This document shows positions 13,823-28,000 of a DNA stretch of 64,000 nucleotides, in pieces (the first letter of the stretch is position 1; each line of letters begins with the position of its first letter). The translations under genes and the position numbers were made by a program. The notes beneath the pieces are model-generated. The model saw nothing but the letters and a program-made list of their open reading frames with translations, ran no database searches and had not been told where the DNA came from. The DNA comes from Antedon mediterranea (Eukaryota; Animalia; Echinodermata), in contig NC_092677.1 in NCBI RefSeq assembly GCF_964355755.1, positions 2,440,101 through 2,504,100 on the forward strand. The letters run 5' to 3'.

Positions 13823-16800
13823 CCAAGGACATCATAGATGCCATAAGTTCATCATTAACTTCCTAATTCTTGCGATGACATTGAAACATGCCAGAACCTT
13901 TAATTTCCCCTTCTCCGTTTACTGTATTACATTTAATAAGCAAGCTTAACCTTACAGTAGTACACATCTGTTTTAATTAAATGTGTCCGCAATACGAAAG
14001 GAATAACTTCAAAGCTGGTATCGCGTTTAAATTCGGAAATAGTGGATTAAAAACCACTTTTCAAATTCTAAAACGGAAATAGTTTTGAAGGAAAATAAAA
14101 GAATATACTGTATCTCGACAGATGGCGTATCTAATAAAAGTAATGCTTTTTTTTGTGGGGGGGGGGGGGGGGAGAATTGCATTTAGTCCCATTACTGCGC
14201 GCATTAATGCAATAAGCGCGTATGTGAATGCGCGCAGAACTTTCAACCAATCGCATGAGGGGGTTGAATCGATGATCATAAACAATTAGATAGTAACAAC
14301 GATTGCTGTATTATTATCGTTGTCAAATTCAGAATCACGGATCTGATAATCGTTTTTGTCATCAGTTTTAAGCGGATTCTTTTATCCTGAAAGCCGAGCA
14401 GACATGCATAATCTGCAAATCAATAAATACACTTTACAACTTATCAATATTCCCGCCATCATATTAGAAACAATGACTTTAAGGCATTATATTGTTACAT
14501 AGTTTGAATGCAAGTCATGCACGATTATTTTGAACATTTACAAAATATATGTTCCTTTCCTGGAAGAGACGTTGTTTACCCTATTATTTAGACAAAGGTT
14601 TTTATACAATTACTTTGTGAAAAGATAATCTGATTTCAACATGAGTGATAGTGATCCTTATGGTTGCGTTAATACAATCTGAACATTGCCTTTGTTAAAT
14701 TTCAACCAATAATGTAATTAATTGCATTTAAACGTGTGTATGAGTGATAATGTGCTCAGGGTAGAGGAATATAACACGATACATTAATACTTAAAAAACA
14801 GACATTTCAGATATTTGCTTATATACTTAATCTTGCTCAAAAGTCGAGGTTAAAGATGTACTCAGAGCCTGCAGCAGCTTTGCCCTGTAGGCTATGGTAC
14901 ATCAGCATATACCTAAGAATTAATTTGAATGTTCACGTTAGGCTAAACAAAATTCAAATAAGACGCGTGTATCGTTTAACTTTTATGCTGCCGCCGGTCT
15001 AAAGTTTGACGACGCGATGTGCAATACACGCATTCTCCACGCGCACGCGCTCAAATATAATGCGTAATTTTGTGTCTGTTATATCCCCCACTGCGCAGTC
15101 TTCTGCTTCTGTGCCACTGGGCCCAATTTTCTAGGCGGAAAAGGTATTATTTGCTCTTCAAGGAATCATGAAACTAACATTAATGTACATTTGACGCCTC
15201 CAAGTGAATAGCATTTACAAAACAATAGTGTGTAGTGATGACGTACTCTGTCAATGCATATTTACCGAACATGGTGATGAGTAATACATAAACATGATTT
15301 TTTAAACAAAGAATATTATTATTTATAACAATAGGAATAATGTCAAATGACGTAGATGGTTCGCGTTAATATAAAATTAAGGTACAGTATATGTTTTCTT
15401 TAGTGTATGGGTCAGAATTGATGTTTAACGGTTTTGCGACATTCGTGTTCCGGAGGTGGTGCATTTATGTTTCTTTTTAAAAAAAACGATCAGTATCTGT
15501 AATTCCGTCAAAAGTTACACTATATACTGTTTATAAAATGCATCCGTAGCAATAGCAAATCAAAGCTTACTTCCAATTGTTTTTAAACATTTCTAAAGTT
15601 GAAAAGTATGGACCGATTACAAATAAAATCAATCATTCTATCAATTTCTGGATTAAAAAAAGTTCAAACTGAACTCAAGTACTGTATTACATTGAAAGTA
15701 ATGTACTCTCTTATACAATGACTATTTCCAACTCATATTAAACAAACCAGAAAACGAATTAAACCTTATAAAACATGCTAACATCCCTCATTAGGCAAAC
15801 TCACACGCATTAATGTTGTTACATTACTATTCAACTGCAACATTATATACCCTGTAACAATTATGTTTAATTTGGCTCACCATCTTCAACATCGTTTTAC
15901 AAATCTAGACCAGTGATTAATTTTGAACTCATAATTTACTCACAGGCGAGTGGCGATATCTTTTAAATTAGCAATTAGTCATGAATATGCAGCTTACGTG
16001 TTACAGCCTACTATTTGCACAGGGGGAATTCGCCGTAAGCTCTAGCATTTTCCGCTGGACGATAACACAATGATGTGGCCTAGCTTGCAACAAACATTCC
16101 ATATAGGCCTACAACGAGCTAAAGCTTGGTTCACATAGAACAAAACGCATGGATAGTACGTGTAACGTAATTTGATCAATCGCAAGCACCCGTGCTCGAA
16201 ATGTGTAATTGGGTGGTTTCGAATCTATTGTACAATGTTTCATTTAAATTATTAAATATTTTTGTAAATTGCTAAGTAGATTCGATGAAAACAATCATAC
16301 TGCTGCAGTGTATCTTCAAGACTAGCTTCAATGCACATTTTCGTCCTCGTTCTTTCCTTTACGTACAATTGTACGATTTTGTACATTTTGGCTCTGTCGA
16401 TTCACACGCAGTACAGCTTTAATATGAGCTGCATGGGATCAATGCATCAAGTACCCGGTTGTGGGAAAATCATCTTCATTGCTGCATAATAGGCTCATCA
16501 TCAGCTCCTCAAACCAGAGAGTACCAAGTTCACATAATTAGCCACGAGGAAATTTGTTCAAAGGGTTGAACAGAAAACAAATATTGCACATTTGCAATGT
16601 TTGTTTTCTAAGAAAATGCAATATCAGTAGACTTTACTATGTTCTACAGACTGAACAAAAAAAACAGACAAATAATTCTTTATCTAGCGCCAACACATTT
16701 AAAAGTAGAAAATGCAACAATAAAATTTAAACATCGATAAATGGGAATGAGTACCTACAAATGAAGAACAAACCATTTGAGAAATAAACCTCATTAAAAG

Positions 16801-19800
16801 AAACCAACAAGATCAAGAATCATCACAACTGAATCTTTTGACGATAAAAGCATTTTCTCAAGATTACACTATCCTATTATCTATCCTCCAAAACTCATAT
16901 TCAAAATAGGATGTGAACATTGGTGGTGCAGGAAACAATTACAATGGCAATACAATTTGAACAATGTAATACCAAAGGGCGTATACAGGACATATACCAT
17001 CCAGGGGCCAAATACCCATCCAGGTCAGCAATGTACATACACGCACGCTATATACGAATGGGACATCCGCTAAACAATGTAATTAATCTCAGGTTATTCA
17101 ACTTTCAACTGTGTTTTTGGATAATATAGTACTGTAACAGTATGGCCCATAGGCGTTACCCACTTGCTTACTGCCTTTTGACCTCAGTATGACCTTCGCC
17201 CCGAGGTATCGTTGTATTAAAACCTGGGAATTTCATCCAGGTCTTTTCTACGATTTTCCAAAATATGCGATAAGTTATTTACAATGTCAACTAAACTAAA
17301 GTCTGCAAATATTTCGCGTAAAATAATGTACTCAAACTGTACTGACTCGACAGAGCTATGTTTATACCGACTACACGTATTCTTGATTAAAAAAGTACAT
17401 TTGTAAATACGCTAATTTAATTGAGGAAACTTTAACAGTCTTGACTTACCGTACTATTTAAATGCGTGTACATGCATGCAGCAGGTCTGTGTCGACTATT
17501 CCCAACTTTCATACAAAATTCTCACCTTGCCAACTTAGTGATAAGATAGCGTTTTAAAGGTAAATGTCTGATCCATTATAGTTATCATGAAATCCACGCT
17601 GGATAATGCGTTCAGGTGCGTGCTACTCCCACGCGCCGTTTTTGTGTCACTTATTGCGTTTAGAGGTGCGTGCTACTCCCACGCGCTCATGTGTCGCTTG
17701 CGATTGGACGACATAACGGTCGCCCTCTCTACAGCAGCAGGGGGATTATCAATGGGCGGCAGCACAGCATCAATTGTCGTACAATTAAACGGTGCGTCAA
17801 ATCTTCATTTGACAACCACTGGTTTCCGCATACCCTGGACATTTATATCCAGCACAAATTAAACTATTCCTACCGTTCTTTGCTGATATACGTCAAGGAA
17901 ATGCAGTAGTTGTTAAAACGCGTTTCCTGTCCAATGTCTTGTGGCCCATGTGGGAGAATTCACTAGGAAAACGAAAGTTTGCGTTTGTGCACACACAAAA
18001 ACTTGGCACAGAAAGCATTTTCTCATAGTAAGAAATATAAACTATGTATATTATTTAAAATGAGATTATTTTCACTCTATTCGTTTCTTATATTAACAAA
18101 TCAAAACAAACGAATCCAGGCGAAAACAAATATCGAATTTATCAGACAAGATAATCCAGAAATTGAATTCATGTGAATTAAATTTTGAATTAAATTCTTA
18201 ATAATATTATGAAACATTTTTTTTTTAAACCCATATTTAGTGTATTGTTTAGTACTGTATAATTGGAATGCGAAACAATGCAATTGCCTTGTGAAAACGT
18301 GCAACACAAATCCGAATGTATTTGAATAGATTAAATCTAATATTATCAGTAAAGACCTAATATTATCAGTAAAGATCTAATAATTAAAAAAAAATCCGAA
18401 TAGAATACAAACTGTATAACAAAGATGCAGAATTAAGAACAGACCATAAGAAAACAATTTGTTCAGATTAAAAATATGGAAGACTAATATTTTGGATACA
18501 AAATGCAATTCAAAATATGTCGTAGTTCAAAGTTCAATTCAAAGCTATAACTAATTAAAATGAGATAACAATGGTTAATTTGTAGGCCTAGAAAATGTCA
18601 ATTCAGCGAGGAACTGGATGGATCTTGGATTTTTATGAATGTTCAGACTGTATCATATTCTATTAAGACTGGCTTGGTTATCTCATCCCTAAAATGCTAT
18701 AAATCAATGTTACTGTCTGGTCAGTACTCAACTTCGTCAAAATCAAAGGCGTTAATAAACCTATTTAAAAACACTGTACATCCCACTCTTTTGAATCAGG
18801 CCTACTAATGCAAAACATTGGAAAACACACGCGCATTGTCACCGTAGTCCTACTAGTAATTAACCTAAGCAATCAAGTGTAATAATACAATAGAAATTAG
18901 AAAACAATAGCAAGAATCATCACTCTACCAAAAACAAACAATGACAATAAAAGGTCGTGTCATTTTAGATGGTGGAAATGCAAACAAAAGATCTTCACAT
19001 GCACGTACTTAAATTTATTACAAGTCATTCAGAGGACAAGTACTATATAAAACGTAAAATAAAGAAGGAAGGGGAACGTTTCCCCCTCCTTTTTAAACCA
19101 AACCATGTGCTAGTTCGTCGCCACTGAACTCGGATATTATAATGACGTCATCACTAACACCTATTAAGCTGGAAGATATTCGATTTCGACAGCCTAAACC
19201 TACAGTAGGCAGATAATCCGTACAACTGGGTTGAGGGATTGTGAGTAGTATGATGAGGGGGGACGTGCGATATGTCACCCCGCATGCGCACGGTGAATTA
19301 ACATGACGTAACTAGTTCATAGGTCCACAAACTCTTGCAAAGAAATCGAAAGCTATCGTTCAATAACTATATTTAAACCTGAACGATTGAATTAACAATA
19401 ACACAAGGTTCGTAAAACCACCAAAGTAAATGAACTTTTATCCAGTATTTAATATTTAAACCGAAAACCAGAATTCCTGACATTTTCTATATTATGTAGA
19501 AATAATAGATTTAACCACAAAAATATTTATAATTTTAATTCTTTGTCTTTGTGCTTAAGGGAATATAAATATAACATAATATATGGAATTAAATACTTTC
19601 GTTAAAATGAAAGCAATAATTTTCCTAGCATTGGGAACCTACGATAGATCCAACAAATAAAAATTAATTACTGCATAGTATACAATAAATACACTACTTG
19701 GAATTTAATATCAGACTGTATGTAGCCACTGTTAAACTAAAAATTAAAACTATTTTTCTGCAGACATTCAAATACATGATAACGTACGATAATGTGTTTA

Positions 19801-22800
19801 AACATGTAACATTAATATTACAGAGCAAAAGATCACATACCTAAATTCTAAAAATGTTTATCATAGTAATACACTGCCTAGTAAATTACAAATAATATGC
19901 ACGGTATACATTTATTATGGAAATATACGGCCATCTGGCATCGAAAATATTTCATTGAAAATGTTGACTTGGTAAATGTGTGTTAATATCAATGGCAAAC
20001 GAAATAAAAGATATAACTACATGTTATTCTATAGTAATATCATTTTTAAGATTGAACGTGAACGTTCGCTTATATTCTGGTCTTTCAAAACATTACGTTT
20101 TCACTTCATCTTAATAAATAGATTTAATGATTTTCATAAATAATTAATAATCGTCAATTATGATACAGTATAGTACTAAGTATACAGTGGATGCTACTGA
20201 GCTGACTGTCCCTTTTTGTGACCCAATTATTAAATCACCTAATAGTAATACCTTTATTTTTAATTTGTTTTAAACAATCCTGTGTTGTTTTCATACTTTA
20301 ATACGTAACACTGTATGCTGTGACCTAGTCTCTATCACCCCGAATAAATACTGTACTAGACTAGTAATCGAGAGATTTATACAATCCATATAACATTTCA
20401 AACCACGTTTAAATGTAGGCCTAAAGTTTTTATCTTAGGCCTAACTGGTTTTCATATAAACTGCCCTTTGTTCCAAGGTTTAAATCTGTTCTTATTACAA
20501 ACTTTATGGCTAAAAACCACAAGTATTCCATTCCAACGAAATGCAATCCGCTGAAGGCCTTAGCCCAACCTTGCATTCCTTTCGATCTCAGCCCTTCCCA
20601 AAGATTATGCACTACAAAGAAATGAGGAATTCCCTCGCAGACCAAGGTGCTATTCTGCGTGATATAAAACAATATTATTGCCATATGCCTAGGCCTAGCT
20701 TGGTCATGTGCTCACAACAAACAGCGAAAACCCCTGGCCTCATCGAGGAACTTTACTCGTTGTAAAATATCGTTTTCATTACTCATGCATTTTTAGGATC
20801 ACCTAAACTATTTAAACATAATTGTTAAAAACACCACGAACGAAAGTAATTAGTAGTTAAGCCTCGAAATTTGCATATAAAATTAGCAGTAGCAACCCTA
20901 GCGTCATTACCAGATCGCATGGTTGGTGGTCACGTTTATTTTGAATACAAAGGCTTACCTCGGTATGATGACAGTGCGTTGACTGGCCTAACTTCTCGAG
21001 CTAGGCTCAAATGCTATCATTCCACAATAAAAGCAGCGGTAATAATCACTTAAAATACCCACGATGGCTACAGCTAACACTTCACATATGTTATTGATGC
21101 AAAAGTACCCTCAAAAGCATCAACACATGCACGTAAACACGAAACAAACTGCAAAAATCCAACCGTATGTGTTGTGTGCACTACTTCCGATTTCAACAAG
21201 CGAGTTTTTCGCATTGTTCTAAATATAGAACCGCGTCATCACACATGCTTACGTACGTCGTCGTGTCTACTGTGTGTTTTCCCAGGGACTAGCTAGGCCC
21301 ATGTGTGTGAGGTGGTCGATAGAAGCTTTGCTAGTTACAAACCGTCCGCGCCCTGACAACACAACAAAGAAATCGACGTGTATTTTTCACGCTTCGCCTA
21401 GCCGTTCTTTGTTCACAGCGGGACTCGCACCAGATTCGCTTATAGAAGGTCGCATTATTGGATTCAAAGCATTGGAATTAAATCGATAGCTTTTCTGGGT
21501 TCTTTTCTTTCTCAATTTCTAACAAATTCTTCGGAAGCAGTTTTTACATTCTGTAGCATGCTTTGTCAGCTGAATGGGTGCAAATAAGGGGGATTTTATG
21601 CAGTTTTCCACACGTCGGATATTTTTATAACCGTTTCCGTATTTTAATATAAATACATCAACAATATAAATATCATAGGTATAATAATAATAATATAGAA
21701 GAATACGGTAAATTAAATACATTAAAGCTATTGCAAATACAGTGTCTCATCATACATTACTGAGAGTTTTACAAATAACAAATTTTAATAATATATATAT
21801 ATTATTATTTAAAAATACAATGAAAATATTAATATTATGTACAAATAATGGTATAATGTAATTGATATAATTAAATATATGAAATGAATATATCACTATA
21901 TTATAGTAGCAGATATAAATTAAAGTGACATTTTTAGAAATAACGAATTAAGGCACAAATATTGCGTAGACTGGGAATACGCGTGCGCCAACCATGATAC
22001 GCGCTAATCCTAATATTACGTCATATTATCATTTCCTATTTCTCTCCGTTCTATTTTTGAAAAGCTTATAAGTACTCAATAAGATCTTTACGCTTAAGTA
22101 CAAAGTCAAAATCGATTACAAACTGAAGTCAGCCATAAACATGACATCTGCTTTAGTATAGGCCTACTTGACGATTATTAAAATGTTAATGACACAAACG
22201 TATTATCGTTAAAATAATTATTTTAATTTTGTTTGTTTGGGAAATTTATCACCGTTCCTAACTACAGTAAACGAAATATAAGAATCTAGATTATTATTAC
22301 ATCATTTAGTTTTAAAATTCATTATGTAAGTTGATGACGCATCATACGTCATAACGAATGTACGCGTGCGTTTTATTTTCATTATGAAGTACCATAAAAA
22401 TGATATTGTAGGGAAAACAAAACACAATTTCTACGGCAGTATAATAGATGGTGATTGCACACATCTATAAGAAACAATGAACAAAGGCGATCAGGTAAAA
22501 AATACACTGAGATATAAAAAAATTACTTTGGACAACAAAAGCTAGAGTAGTTGACGCGATTACGATGAAGATGACGCGAAGAACGAACTCAAGAAGTTTG
22601 TGGTTTTTATCGTAAGCGCTGTGACGTTGGAATATGACGTCACCAATGAGAGCATCACCTCTTCGTCGTAACAACGCTGTTAATTAATATATATATATAA
22701 CACAATTGATTATAATTGCAAATTTCAGATTAATCTGTTCGTGACGTCAGCAGAGAATTCTCATTTATTCCTCATCGTCTTTGGTAAAAAAAAACAGTCG

Positions 22801-24326
22801 CGTTTTGATACTCGATCCAGTATATTCTCATTTTTAAAGACCAATTGGTGGTTTAGATCACAAGAAATGCCCTTTTTATGTCAAAAATACCATTCTACAT
22901 GACCACATCAACGATTGTGAAATCCTGGATAAACATGTAAAATAGCTTGCCAGTAGGCCTAATAACCGAATTGATACGGGTGGTGCAACTGATCATCAGC
23001 GCATTCGGCCAGATTTTGGGACACGATTTATTTATATATCATCACTTTTAGTATATATGTGCGCTTTTAAAATCATTTCAAACGCGTTATATAAAACATA
23101 AACGCGTTTATAAGTATCAATATCGTTATTCTTGCATTGTAACACGAATGAAATATTGTCACATCACAACCCATAACGCATCGAACTCACTATATATGTC
23201 ACGTAAATATCGTTGTTACTAAAATATACATGACACGGTAATGCAAGCCAATATCATTTGTGTCTTCGTGGTAAATATCGCGTTTGTTTCATGTAATATC
23301 ATCACGTAGAAAGCTCAGCATTGACTTTTTTATTTGAGTTGCATTCATTGTTCTTACAACTATCGTAAACTACACCTTTTGTTATGCTTGAGTTCCCAAT
23401 TATAACAAATAAGGTTTTTACGCACATTTCACTACTAATTTTCATAATAGCTAGGACGCGCGAAACGCAAGGACGCGCGCGCGTACGTAAATTGATAAAT
23501 CACGATGCAATGACAGGATTATCCGATGTCGCTTGCGCAGCACACGACGTAGTCCTGGAGTTATGTTTAAAAATCACATTCAAAAAAATCCCCGTACTAT
23601 TAGTACAGGGATTTGCAACCCATATACGTACCCCACACGTATGCGCTGCTCCACCACCACAACGGGTACGGTATTTTATTCTTGATTTTGTACAAATACA
23701 TAGGCTTACTCTGTAACATTAAAAGCACATAAATTTATATATATAAAAAAAGAATTTAGGCCCAATAAATAATATAATAGTTTTTAGGCCTAGCTGCAAA
23801 CTAAAACCCTTTCTTAAATTCAATCAAACCACTTTCTAATAAAACAGCTAATTGTCTATGATTTATAGACTGGGCCTAGTTTATTTATTTTGTTTCACTA
23901 GAATTAGGACATCGTTTATAATTAAATAGACCAAAGGTAATGAGAATAATTTAAATTCAAAACATAATCGATTATTAGCATGCAAAACAACATGCAAATA
24001 CATCAAACGAGCTTGCCATATGAATAATAATTTAAAACGAGAATATTAAAGGAGAACGGGGGTGTGCAAGTTAGCATTATTCTTGAAATGTAATCAAAAC
24101 ATGAAAAATATATAGTTTGTTTTTACCAAATAACGTTAAAAATGCATAGTATCGCCCACTTGGTTGGGCCTACATTATGTCTTAAAGATAAATATCATCT
24201 CTTCTCTTATCAAAGACAAAATCTTTATGTAATTTAATGTATTTTATATGGCAAACTTTTAAAAAAGATTGACTGAGGGCAGCAGATAGGTTTGCGAGAC
24301 TTTTTTCTTGAAACTATTCAAGCGTG

Positions 24327-24339
24327 GCCACCAAGCAAC
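24327..24339 (+). promoter_or_regulatory. Candidate RFX X-box upstream of BBS2
   Basis: GCCACC-A-AGCAAC fits RYYNYY-N-RRNRAC. It lies 70 bp before a GTAAGT donor (24411), a likely 5'UTR exon end. BBS genes are established RFX targets. Confidence 0.45.
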
Positions 24340-24892
24340 AAGACGCTTGTTGAAATTTGGACGAATATACTTCATAGTAAATAGATGATTAAATGATCTT
24401 TTAAACTGATGTAAGTATACCTGTTATATCTAATACATATTATACTAGTTTGTGACCAAATATATTAAGACAGAAACAATGAAATTGACTAGGCTAGGCT
24501 AGTATAATATCATCGCTACATTTCTATCCTAGGCTAGCCCTACGCAATTAAGTGGGATTGCCCACAAGAATGTACTTTTATAGGCTTTTAGGATAGGGCC
24601 TAGCTAGATGGGCTTTTAGTCATACAATTACATAATACTATCTACCTAACTTACTGCCTTCTATCTAAACAAATACTACCCTAACTAGCTGGGCATAATA
24701 ATAAATAAAGTAGTGTGGAAGTTGTTGCACCTCAACAACCAACCAACTCACCTTTTCCTTGTTTAATGATTGTCAGTATCATACATATACTGTATTGTAT
24801 ATAAAACAACACTTAAACTTATATTGTTGAATTTTTTTCTTTTTGCTGGTGAAGAACGTGTATTTCCTGAAGTTCATCAGAGCAAATCCAGC

Positions 24893-25009
24893 ATGTTGGT
24901 GCCAATATTCACCCTCAGATTAAACAATAATATCAATCCACGTATGGTGACCATCGGCAAGTATGACGGAGAACACCCTAACTTGACCGCTGCTACAATG
25001 GCTGGCAAG
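24893..25009 (+). CDS. BBS2: BBS2 coding exon 1 (117 nt)
   Basis: ATG at 24893; [10 protein letters not shown]...TMAGK|GTAAAT. Confidence 0.95.
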
Positions 25010-28000
25010 GTAAATTAACTGCCAAATAAGGATGAAACTATAAATAAATTGTGCTGTGCTTAATTCTGACATAGGCACAATGTAAAGATCTCCGCCTTGG
25101 ATACAACCTCTCTAGTAAATTCAATACTTTGTGGGCAAGTATTGTTTACCCTCTTTCTTACCTCTCTTAGTAAGTAGATTAAAACTGTAAACACTGTTTA
25201 AAAAAGCATATCAACCTATATAAAGAATATCCATTCCTATAGTACCAACTGAGTCAGGGGAAAATGGCAAAAGGATTCCTACTTTCTAGGAGTTTTATCA
25301 GATAATCTATTATTGTTTTGACAACTCTTGTAACATGACCAGAGTGCTGATTTTGCCATACTCCCCCGGACTGCATTATAGTTACCGCATTACATCATTG
25401 GACATTGTATATTTAACAAATCTTAACTCTAAATTATATTTCATGTTGATAACTTGAATTTCAGGTATTTATTCATAATCCACATTCTCGTTCTACATCC
25501 GGCGGTCGCAGCATGGAAATTAACATCAACTCCGATATCAGTATGTTGAACATCAACCAGAAAGTGAGCAGTCTTGCTTCCGGTGCTCTAGACGCAATTG
25601 GAGTCCATGACCATTTGGTTGTTGGTACGCCAACAAACATACTAGCCTACGATGTACAGAATAACACAGACCTGTTTTATAAAGATGTAAGTTTGGTTAG
25701 AATGATTTCATTGAGCTGTCATTTTGGAACTATTTATAGTCCTATACTAACTACTGTATAATAACATGAATATCATGTAAATATTATGCATTAATACATA
25801 TTTATAAGTAAATATAAATATATGTATACAGTTAATTATATAGGCCTATTCAAGTTTAATTATTTATTAGGTAAACATTCCACTTAATCTACATATTGGT
25901 ATTTCGTATTGATATATAACAAATAATGTATTCCAAGCTCTTTTCTCTCAGCAACCCATCTCTGTAAATAAAAAGAAAGTGACTGAACAGTATGCAAACT
26001 ATTAAAAAGGTTATTAATGTGCAATATTTTCTATATTCCAGGCGCCGGATGGTGTAAATGATATAGTTATAGGAAAGCTTGGATCTATTGAAGCGCCGCT
26101 TGCAATAGCTGGTGGGAACTGTGCTCTTCAGGGTTATGATATCGATGGAAATGATCTCTTCTGGACTGTAAATATCCTGCCTTACACCATGTCACTCTGC
26201 ATACCTACCAAAAAATATTTTGTTTTGTATATGACTGCACTATCTGAAATAAAGGATGCTGATTAAATGTCTTAATGCTCTGTCTACACTATCAAATTTT
26301 ATGTGACAAAAAAATGTGATGTGTCCATATATGGACATGATGTCATATCACTACCATATTTAAGCATATCACTACCATATTTGGGCGCATCACACTTTTT
26401 GTCGAACTAGTTTGATAGTGTAGACAAAGCTTAATGGCAATTCAGACAGTGTTTTAAGATGAGGTACAATGAGTTTAATTTAAATTAAACATATTTGTTC
26501 TTCCAACGACCCAAAAACTATGCCCGACTCTATCTCAAGTCAAGACAACTTGTCTCACAAGATTTAAATCAGGCAGCAATTTCAGTGATGCATTTAAACA
26601 TTTTTTCTACTCACAAATTCAGCCCTGCGTATGAAATTCAACGTCAGCTTCCTTCCATATTTGTCTTAAACAATGTCTTACAGTAGAATATAAATACGTT
26701 GAAAAATATGTTAATTATAAAAACCAAAAATATTTTCTGTTTTTGTTGATTTCAAATTCAGGTGACGGGTGATAACGTATGCTCCTTGGCGTTAACAGAT
26801 TTCAATGATGATGGAAAAGATGAGTTAATAGTTGGTTCAGAAGATTACGATATTAGGGTGTTTCAAGAAGATGAAATAATTGCAGAGATGACGGAGACTG
26901 AGGTGACGTGTAACCACTTTTCAGAAATGTCTTAAATATTAGCACATGTAAAGACAGGCCTACCAGTAGTTTTGATAGTGTAACAAAACTCTGGGACAAA
27001 TAGTATTCTAACCCAACTATCTCAAAAGTGTGTGCAAAACAAACATGGTTATAAATGTGTGGTAGATTTAATTTTGTACAAATGGACCTCGGGTTTTAAG
27101 TTCTTATCCGAGAAGAATTGTTCTACTACCGAAGAGTGCCTTGAAACTGTGTTAATTGTATATCTACGGTTTGCACCGCTCCTGCCCTAACCACTTGGTA
27201 ACTCAACTCAAATAAATCTATGGTAGAATAAATTTTGTACAAAATTGTACTTACCTGATTTTAGTAGTACAATTTCCTCTATAAACAACTTACATAATAT
27301 GTAATATACTAATGTACAGATATTTGTTTTTCAGGCTATTACAGGGCTCTGTCCAATGAAGCATGGAAAGTTTGGCTATGCATTGGCCAATGGAACTGTA
27401 GGAGTGTATGACAAGTCTTCACGATTTTGGCGAATTAAGGTCGATAACATTCCCTGAAAAATATTATATATTTAAACAGGCTTTTCATTGTTAAACCTTC
27501 AACTTGTACTCAATGAAGTTATGTTAAAAACATTCTCTGAAAAATAGAATATACGATATTTGATTATCATATATTTAAACATAGTTAAAACTTGTACTCA
27601 ATTATGTTTATTAAACTACACTCAGAGTCAAGACTGAGGGACTATTTATGAGATTGTTGATACTGCATAATAATTTTTTGGAACTTTTCTAACATCTTTG
27701 TACCATTTATCAATTTAAATGTTACTTGTTTATCCAAAAGCCATAGAAAATAATTAATGTTGTGAATTTTGAGGACTTAATATAAAAAATATAAAATAAT
27801 TCGTAGACTTGCATTTGGTTAATAAGATTACAAAATTAATATTTTGATTTTTTTTTTAACAGTCCAAGAACCAAGCAGTGAGCATCATCAGCTTTGATCT
27901 GAATAATGATGGTGTGGCAGAGATGATAACAGGATGGAGTAACGGCAAAGTAAGTTTAAAATGCCCTTTTACTTTATTAATTGCAGATAAAGAAATCTGT

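Noticed and set aside
14157-14172. Poly-G/C runs (also about 52712, 59376 and 62863)
   Set aside because: Simple homopolymers with no shared context.
17367-18500. Partial matches to miR-137 (about 17368) and miR-7 (about 18477)
   Set aside because: The seed or 3' half diverges and no hairpin is seen.
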